From positions 23,064,001 to 23,128,000 of the forward strand of contig OX597832.1 in assembly GCA_951406725.2 (NCBI GenBank): DNA of 64,000 nt, read 5' to 3'. Origin of the DNA: Octopus vulgaris. Lineage: Eukaryota. The position numbers and the translations under genes are program-made. The stretch's first letter is position 1, and every line of letters starts with the position of its first letter. Shown here one piece after another: positions 54,251 through 64,000 of the stretch. The notes beneath the pieces were generated by a model. It was not told the DNA's origin. It worked only from the letters and a program-made list of their open reading frames with translations, and searched no databases.

Positions 54251-54296
<46 letters not shown>

Positions 54297-54300
54297 CAAC
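53970..54300. repeat. (ATT)n/(AGT)n microsatellite
   Basis: Direct observation. Confidence 0.95.
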
Positions 54301-54469
54301 AGTATTGTGGTTGTGGTTGTATTTGTTGTTGTTATCGCTGTGCATTTGATATTTCTTACAGAACTAAGTAATTATGGATATCTTTGGGAAGTATTTTGAC
54401 AATTGCATTCATACATAGGTGTATGCATGCAAGTATGGACAAACAGAGACACCCACAAGCATTCACATC

Positions 54470-54545
<76 letters not shown>

Positions 54546-54607
54546 GATATAAATATATACATATTATATATATTATATATTTATATTTATAAATATATTT
54601 ATATATT

Positions 54608-54647
<40 letters not shown>

Positions 54648-54651
54648 CATA

Positions 54652-54688
<37 letters not shown>

Positions 54689-55303
54689 GTATGTATATAA
54701 GTATGTATATATGCATGTATTTATATATATATATATATGTGTGTGTGCGTGTTTATATAATATATATATACATTTACTTCCATATGTATGCGTGTGTGTG
54801 TGCATGTGTGTATAAAAGCACATAGTGGTATATGAATCACCACAGAACAGATTTTTTAAATTTATTCTCTAGAGGTTGTGTTACAATTACTTTGTCTCAA
54901 TTGAGACCCGCTCCATTTTAGAAGTCGAGATAATCTTTAGAAACAAGAACTCTCGGAAAATGATACGCCACTCACGAAAATGAAACAGGTTTTATTAAGT
55001 TTAGATAAGAAGGCAGTCGGATACAATTTTTTTTTTCTCTGAATAATTGTGTTGCTCATACTGTTTGTCCATTCTTGTATCCAGTGGATACAAGACACTG
55101 AAATATAAAATTTACGCTACATTTACAACTTGAATACTTAACATAAATTATGCAAAAATGTGCGCAGATTAATAAGTGTATCTGAACATTGATAGACATA
55201 TGAACAACATTGACAAAAAATGTCATGTTAAATACCATATTAAAGAACTTTATTTTATTAAAATTATCTTCCTTTATCGAAGATGTGTCGTAATTACCAA
55301 ATT

Positions 55304-55443
55304 ACCGACTTTGCCTTTCATCCTTTCGGGGTCGATTAAATAAGTACCAATTACGCACTGGGGTCGATATAATCGACTTAATCCGTTTGTCTGTCCTTGT
55401 TTGTCCCCTCTGTGTGTAGTCCCTAGTGGGTAGTAAAGAAATA
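55304..55443 (+). mobile_element. SINE family B, 5'-truncated
   Basis: GACTTTGCCTTTCATCCTTTCGGGGTCGATTAAATAAGTACC...CCCTAGTGGGTAGTAAAGAAA. Confidence 0.85.
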
Positions 55444-55623
55444 GGTATCTGAGACCAGTACCCTCCATGTGAGAAGAGAGATCATCTCAAGAATACAGAA
55501 TTCACTACAATCTGTATTCCATATATAGATGAGCACATTACATTATTTCTTCTATCGTTACTTGCCTCTAGACTCTGTTCATCCACAGGTGAAATTTCAG
55601 AAGGCGAAAGACTGGCACACCCA

Positions 55624-55673
<50 letters not shown>

Positions 55674-56038
55674 TTGTGCGTGCGCGTGTGTATATGTGAG
55701 CGTGAGTATCGCTCTATTTTCCAGGATTCTTTTCTATGGTACACGATAGACTCGGCATTCAGTGTGTCAGACAAGGGCTGATTTTTACGTATCCATTTAA
55801 CGTCTTTTGATGCGACATCGTTATTTTGTGAATGCTTATCTTTCCCTCACCCGTGATTTTAATGTCAAGGCGTTGTTAATGGTAGTCGTCGCCCCCTTTG
55901 CCAATTCTTTGGCTTCCCTATAACTTACTGGTCTGTTTCTATGCTTATACTTTTCCAACTTCTGCTGTTGTTGAATTATCCTTTTTCAAATTCTCTTTCT
56001 TTCTGTCAATCTCTCTCATCCCCACCATACACACATAA

Positions 56039-56136
<98 letters not shown>

Positions 56137-56137
56137 G

Positions 56138-56210
56138 TTATTGAAAAGCATCAAAAATATCAAAGAAACTCTCACTCAGAGTTTCACGTTCTCGTTCGTC
56201 GGATAGATTT
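56138..56210 (-). mobile_element. Diverged relative of the 15349 hammerhead element
   Basis: Minus strand CTAT-CCGACGA-ACG(AGAA)CGT-GAAA-CTCTGAG-TG-AGAG, next to (AT)n. Confidence 0.65.
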
Positions 56211-56736
56211 GTTTCATTGGTCCTTTCAAGTAACGGCCTTTTCAATAACATGAAATTACAATTGCGGTTTAAAATCTTAAATCAGGAATAGTATATGTAG
56301 AAGTAAAAATACCCGAACACCCAGGGTAAATAATTAGTGGTAAAAAATAATAATTTTAAATTTAAATAAATTAAAAGATATATCCGTTTTAAAAAATCTT
56401 TCACGCTAAAATACATATATATTTAGTAATATATACACATACCAAACAACCTATATATACATATATAGACTAAGCAGACAGGTGTTGGTACATCGCTACA
56501 TACATATACAGACAAATATAGGCAAAACATAAATATATACAAATTCATATAAATGTAAGCACGCACAAACACGCACGCGCAGAACACCTCCTGGTGTATG
56601 CTTATACAACTTAGTTGTTACATGCGAGTGAAAGAAAGCTGAAAGAAAATCAGAGAATAACAATTGGTGGGAGAAAGAAAAAAAGAAAAGAAGAAAAAGA
56701 TATAGAAGAAAAAGAAACAGAAGGGAAATTAGGTAG

Positions 56737-56772
<36 letters not shown>

Positions 56773-57319
56773 CCATGGATCCAGGTGCAGCGAAGTAGTA
56801 AGCTTCGAGCAGTCTACAGAAGGTGTAAAAAAAAACAACTTTTAGAAACAAATAGTCGTAGAACAACAGTCGCTTATTGGCGTAGATATCTATTACTTTT
56901 CCCTATATCGATATTCGATCAGCTGAAAAACGTTATTTTATAGTTGAAGGTTAGTAACTACGTTTGCTATGTAGATGAACAAAAATCCAAATTGAGGGAA
57001 TGGAGCAGGTAAAAATCCAGACTATGTATGCTTCTTAGTGAGCAAAATACCTCAGAAGTAATGATTACTCAATGAGGGGTATTCCACTAGGTACTCATCA
57101 AACCAAATGTATCTTAGTTAAATTAAGGTTATGTTGTCATCGTGGGACCAAAAGTAACTCACGGGAGGCTCTACCAGTTACCGAAAATATATAGCATTGA
57201 TTTTAACTGTTCCACGCCCTCAATTTGTATACATATATATCGTGTTGGCTTAACAGCCCTCACCGTTTGTTTTTACTGCCTTGTTCTCACTGTCCTTTTC
57301 TTGTTACCACTTTCACTCT

Positions 57320-57580
57320 CCGCAAAAATCCCAAATTTTATTTAGTTTGCTTTGCGGGAAGGACTGTTTCAACGAAGTTGCGTATTGTACTTACCTTCGA
57401 AATGCGGAGTAGGTGAAACAGGGACAACTGATGAAGGGGGAATGCTCTTTATGTTGATTGTCCCATTTCTCTGGTTTTTTCGTTCTTCGAAAAAAAAGTT
57501 CGCTTTCTATGTTTTTGTTTTTATGTTTTCGTTTCCCCATTGTGTTCAACGTTTATTTGATGACCTGTACCCATATATGC
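57320..57580 (+). mobile_element. Dispersed repeat, inverted homolog of 17445-17705
   Basis: TTTGCTTTGCGGGAAGGACTGTTT...CCTTCGAAA...AACAGGGACAACTGATGAAGGGG. Confidence 0.65.
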
Positions 57581-57640
57581 AAGTATATATACATATATAT
57601 GTAGCTATGTACATATATGTATGCATATATGCATATATTG

Positions 57641-57688
<48 letters not shown>

Positions 57689-57708
57689 CATACATACATA
57701 CATACATT

Positions 57709-57833
<125 letters not shown>

Positions 57834-59184
57834 TTTCAAAGCATTCACTTGTTTACCTTCTTTGTTTACATTATTGCTTATTATTTTCACAACTTTAGTA
57901 AACATCAACTATGTCAGCCTGTTCCTACCGCATTCATATACTGTTTTACTAAACTTCCCACGTTGTTTACTTCGTATAGCAGATCCCACGATAGCAACCT
58001 CAATAACGGTTCGTCATTATTACGAAATTATGATAAGGAATTAGTGATTCTTAGATCAGAAAAGCTTGATAGAATTCTTAGATTTAAACTTTCAAATACA
58101 TCTTATAAAACGTAATGATGTTTTGTTTAATAAATATAGAAGTTAACTATTATAACAGTCAGAATTTTTTTCGTATAATATCGGAAAGAAATATAAAAAC
58201 TGTAAACTGTACCCACTTGTCTTTCTCTTTCTTTCTTTGTCTCATACTCTATTTCTCTATCTCGCTCTGTACTTCTCTCTTTCTCTCTCTCTCTCTCTCT
58301 TCTTCTTTCTCTAACTGCACAAAAGTTTTGCATGTAGCGGCTCATATATACACGTACACATATTCTCACAAACATACACAGACTTTCGTTATTCTCACTA
58401 CGATTAGCTTCTCCCCGAGGCTAGGTCCATATTGATTTTTCATCCATCAAGTGTTAAAAACAGATATTTTTGGTCTGGTTGAAGAAACAAGTCTACTTGC
58501 GTCGTTTATCTAACATTTCAAAAAATTGTGTTACAGATATCGTTCACCGAAGTTAAGTAGACTAAAATAAGGTGTGAAGAAAACGATAAGAATATTTACA
58601 TAATTTTTAATAAAATCATTGTTAAGAAGTATATGAGTTGAAAACTTTCGATAAGAATATATGAATTTGCTAAAGGCTTCTTTGGAAATCAATCCTAAAT
58701 ATAATATATACCCTGAGTATAATTTAGCAGTGTAACTTCAGTCAATAAAATAATGTTGGTAAATTTTACGTTATATAGAAATAAAGAAACTATATTCACA
58801 ACGCGTTAATCGCTAAGCATGTTGTAGTCAGTTGGATAACATATCATGTGTAATTTGATACATTTATACAGTAATTAATTATCATTTATTGATGGTGATC
58901 TGGAAATTCCATTTGGAAATTTTAATATATTTTAATGAACAGATGTGAGCTTGTAGATAGAGAAATTGAGCGGAAGGGAATATAACTGTGCATGCATATA
59001 TATATATGTGTGTTTGTGTGTGTGTGTGTGTCTGTGTCTGTGGGTGTGTGTATGTGTGTGTATATGTGTATGATGGTGTAACGTATACGGTACATTGGAT
59101 TTCGAGTGGTAAGATAAACATTCCATATATATAATGATATATTTGCGTATACACGCATATATATGGGTGTGTGTGTATAGGTAT

Positions 59185-59726
<542 letters not shown>

Positions 59727-59736
59727 CGTGCATATA

Positions 59737-59801
<65 letters not shown>

Positions 59802-60112
59802 TTATTTTATTTAATGGGTGGCTTGGTATGTGTATGTAAACGTCTGCGTGAAGTAAAGGTAACTAGTTAACTTGGTAGGGTACCACGGAACGTCGGTTCT
59901 TTCAAATCAGAATATTTCCATATGTCATCAATGACGTTGATATCCGTTTGTGTTGAGGACAAATGCAAAAGCGAAAACATTAATACAATCATAGGAAATG
60001 AAGAAATGAAAACCATTGAATGCAGAGAGAAATATCCATCAGTTCATATAGCGTGTGGAACATATACATATATATATGCGCACACATACACACACTAATA
60101 CACGCACACACA

Positions 60113-60147
<35 letters not shown>

Positions 60148-60299
60148 ACGTATGTGCTTGTGTGTAATCCGTTATTATATATATATTTATTACTATTCAT
60201 GTTTCTTTCCATCGTCAGTTATAATAAAGAAATTTTACATTATGCTTTACTCCATACTGTTGTAGAGCACAAGTTTACTATTCCTTATTGGGAAGAGTA

Positions 60300-60600
60300 T
60301 TGATAGTGACCTCGAAGATTTGGCCAGCGACACCATCTCCAGACTGTAATGGGTTGAAGTTGATCTTGGTTGTATCTGGTCTCTGTTGACGTAAAACCTT
60401 TTCCTGGGTATGATGTGTTCATATGAATAGTTCTTAGGTTGTAGAGCGCGTTGTGATGAAGAAATTTTCTGAATTAACACTGGGGTCATGCTGTTGTTCA
60501 GAATTTATTCTGAGTTGTAGGCCTTTGAAATTTGGGGAATATATTTAGCTGAATCTACTATACTTCATGTGATCGTTTTGTTTTTACTCTTCTGGCGCAT
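60300..60600 (-). pseudogene. Possible highly decayed Penelope-like RT-endonuclease linker fragment
   Basis: Minus-strand IYSPNFKGL...FITTRSTT*ELFI*TH loosely resembles the PLE TYxPxL...RRxxNLKxLLVR region; many stops. Confidence 0.3.
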
Positions 60601-60758
60601 CACGAAATGTATTAGTAGAATAGATAGATATTAATAGAAGGTGAAAGGCAAGTAATACTCGTGTGTAGACACATACATGGACATACATACACGTACAGAA
60701 ATATACGCATATATACATGCATATAGATGTATACATACATACATACACACATATATAT

Positions 60759-60816
<58 letters not shown>

Positions 60817-60961
60817 GGATATGCACACATACGCACGCACACACACATATATACACTTACATATACATACGCATTCACACATATATATATACTTTTGTTC
60901 TTTTACTCGTTTCAGCCGTGCGGCTGCAGTCGTGCTATGCACCACATTGAACATGTATATG

Positions 60962-61017
<56 letters not shown>

Positions 61018-61172
61018 AGCTAGCAACACCTATCCTTTATGGAGCTTCTCATGAAGTGTTCCTGAACTTCAAATATAGAATTACCAAGTGATAGTAATAA
61101 TAATTGACGTGGTTTATTATATTTTCATAATTTAGACAATTTTGGCTCCAAACAATAATCAAATCATTCACA

Positions 61173-61240
<68 letters not shown>

Positions 61241-61274
61241 TAGATAGATAGATAGACAGACAGACAGAGAGACG

Positions 61275-61369
<95 letters not shown>

Positions 61370-61789
61370 GGAGAGGTAGAGATAAGAAATTAAAGAAGGA
61401 AAATGCACACAGTTTGCATTGTTTTAATATAGTTTTTAATATATCTTGCATTGTATTTGTCGACTGGTTTCGCTTTCGCTATTCATGACATAGAAGTATA
61501 TTTAAATACGTATTTTTTTAAGAAGAAATTTTTTGGTCCGTGCAGTGCGTGATATTTATTAGATAATAATTTCAACAAGTAGAAAGACCTAAGGGGAGGT
61601 TATTGGTTATCGTTATTATTGTACGCAGGGGAGATAATTGTTCAGCTTTCGGTAATGTGGGGATATATATATATATGTATATATATATACAAAAATTCAA
61701 AAACTAGAATAGTCGGTTGAAATATGTACAGTGATGGGTATGTAATCGTGAATTAAAATATGTAAAGAGATCAAAGTTGGTTATGCGTG

Positions 61790-62200
61790 CATCTTTCGAC
61801 GCGTTCTGCATATACCATGCAGTTATCATTGATGCATATGGTATTCTCTAAGGGATACGTCCTACATAATTCTCATATCATGGAGTTCCCTGGCTTTTCA
61901 ATAATCGTTATGTTGAGTTCGGTCACCTTCAGACCGTTTCTAAATCTAGGGGCCAGTTCTCCATGGGCTGTGGACTACAAACGTCACTCTTTGATATTTG
62001 TCAGTTTTATACAACGTGTTCGCACTGTTTGCTTTGTCACAAGTTCTTTGTATCCTATTCTAGTCTTTGATTCTACAGCTAGGTCAGGTGCCGCTTGTAT
62101 CATTACTTATAATGTTATCTAATTTCTTTCTAGCAAACCTGTATTCTCGAAACCTATCTTTCTGATGATATCCGGAGAATTTCATGCCGTTCATGAAATT
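61790..62200 (-). pseudogene. Penelope-like element thumb/linker fragment
   Basis: Minus strand, frameshifted: FMNGMKFSGYHQKDR...DTSGT*PSCR...YQRVTFV*STAHGELAPRFR...IIEKPGNS...RTYPLENTICINDNC. The end is homologous to YPFDRSPCMENNSIVC at ~23985. Confidence 0.7.
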
Positions 62201-62619
62201 CTGTATATATTTTGGGGTTTCATTTCATACACACACACACACACACACACACACTCAGACATGCACACAGAATGAGACAGAGGCACGCACACACATACAT
62301 AAAAGCACACAAACACAAACACGGACACGCAAACACATGAATATGCGGAATACATACATACAAATGTAACACATACATACATAAATCCATGCGTTCACAC
62401 ACATGCATACATGTATGTATATGCACACACACACACACATACACTAAGCCACGCACATGCGCAGAAACAAACAAAAAAGTAATGCAGTGTGAATAATGGT
62501 CAGAGCCAAAACTATTGAAAAGTTTGCAAGACGCAAATAAAGAAGGTAATGAGTTGAAATTTTACCTGTGAGTGTGTTAAAGTATAAGGCACTAAAAGAG
62601 AGTGATTCTCCCCAGACAC

Positions 62620-62692
<73 letters not shown>

Positions 62693-62772
62693 ATATATAC
62701 ATCTACATATATGTGTATGCATATATATATATATATTTATATATTTATACGTATATATGTATGTACATATAT

Positions 62773-62814
<42 letters not shown>

Positions 62815-62888
62815 ATGTATATATATACATATATATATATATGTATATATATATATTTACATATAGATGTATATATATATATATGTAT

Positions 62889-62937
<49 letters not shown>

Positions 62938-62939
<2 letters not shown>

Positions 62940-63170
62940 CTATGCTTAAACGTTAATCGCTACACATTTTGTTTCTCTACGTGACATTTTTCGCCCACTC
63001 TCGTGTTAATATTTTATCTCTCCATCCTTTCTGTGGAAGGACGTGGGCTGGAAACGTCACAGACGTTTCAGTTCCTCCCGAGCGGAACTAATACGCCTAC
63101 GTGTTGTTTCCTTGAACCGTCTTCGTCTCTTGTTTTCTGAAAACTGTACATATTTGAATTATATATGTAT
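62938..63170 (+). mobile_element. Short PLE-type element in (AT)n with degenerate hammerhead-like motif
   Basis: CTTT-CTGTGGA-A-GGAC-GTGG-GCTG-GAAA-CG-TC-ACAG at 63027-63062. The 3' tail resembles 41840-41895. Confidence 0.45.
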
Positions 63171-63471
63171 GTGTCTAAATATATATATATATATATTGAT
63201 AGAAATTGTAAGACAACAAAAGAATGAAAGATACCTCGATATTGTGCAAAAAAAAAAAAGGAATTTATCTGTAAATATAATATGTGACAATTATTCGGTA
63301 GCCATGATAAAACCCACGCCGCCATCACTTCAGTTATCCAGTCTCTGTAATTTTCTCCAAGAAATGAAAAGTTGCGAAGGGAACTAACTCAGAGTAACCC
63401 ATGACGTGCTGGAACAATGTTATGTTATGTTATGCGCCCTTTCTCGAATAATTGTCACATATTATATTTAC

Positions 63472-63538
<67 letters not shown>

Positions 63539-63699
63539 TACATATATTTTCTTTCCCTTATACTTGTTTCACGTCCGCGCGTTGTTGTGTTTTTTCTTTG
63601 TGTTTTCATGTTTGGATTAACTTTATATATCTATGTATATATATATACATATACATATATATACATATATATATATATATATACATAAATATACATACT

Positions 63700-63805
<106 letters not shown>

Positions 63806-64000
63806 TTTGAGGGGTATATGTATGTACATAAGATATATATATATGTACATGTACGTACAAGTGTGTATCTACGTATATGTAGTGTGTTCCCTCCTTTAAT
63901 TACTAGATGTTAATCTGCAGCAGAGTAGCACATATTCTAAAATTCTGAAATACACTTCTCTTTAATTTGTTTAACAACAGAAAATAGTTTAAAGAAAGAG

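Overview
AT-rich eukaryotic genomic DNA, repeat-saturated and apparently intronic or intergenic. The SINE families and microsatellite spectrum resemble a coleoid cephalopod such as Octopus (my recognition, not a database result). I cannot support any intact protein-coding gene. Almost every ORF in the supplied track is a translation of (AT)n, (AC)n, (AGAT)n, (ATC)n, (AAT)n or (GAA)n repeats, or of SINEs. The window contains: at least four tRNA-headed SINE families in many copies, several with target-site duplications (TSDs); decayed Tc1/mariner transposases; RTE and restriction-like-endonuclease (R4/Dong-like) LINE fragments; Penelope-like element (PLE) ORF fragments, one with a GIY-YIG endonuclease; MITE/foldback hairpins; and a 176-bp higher-order minisatellite. 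The most interesting signal is a set of mutually unrelated short non-coding elements, mostly embedded in (AT)n tracts, that carry minimal type I hammerhead-ribozyme motifs. Two of these are structurally complete with a non-canonical CCGACGA core, and several are arranged as head-to-head hairpins. They look like a multi-family PLE-dependent retrozyme-like system. Possible decayed host exons are reported at low confidence.
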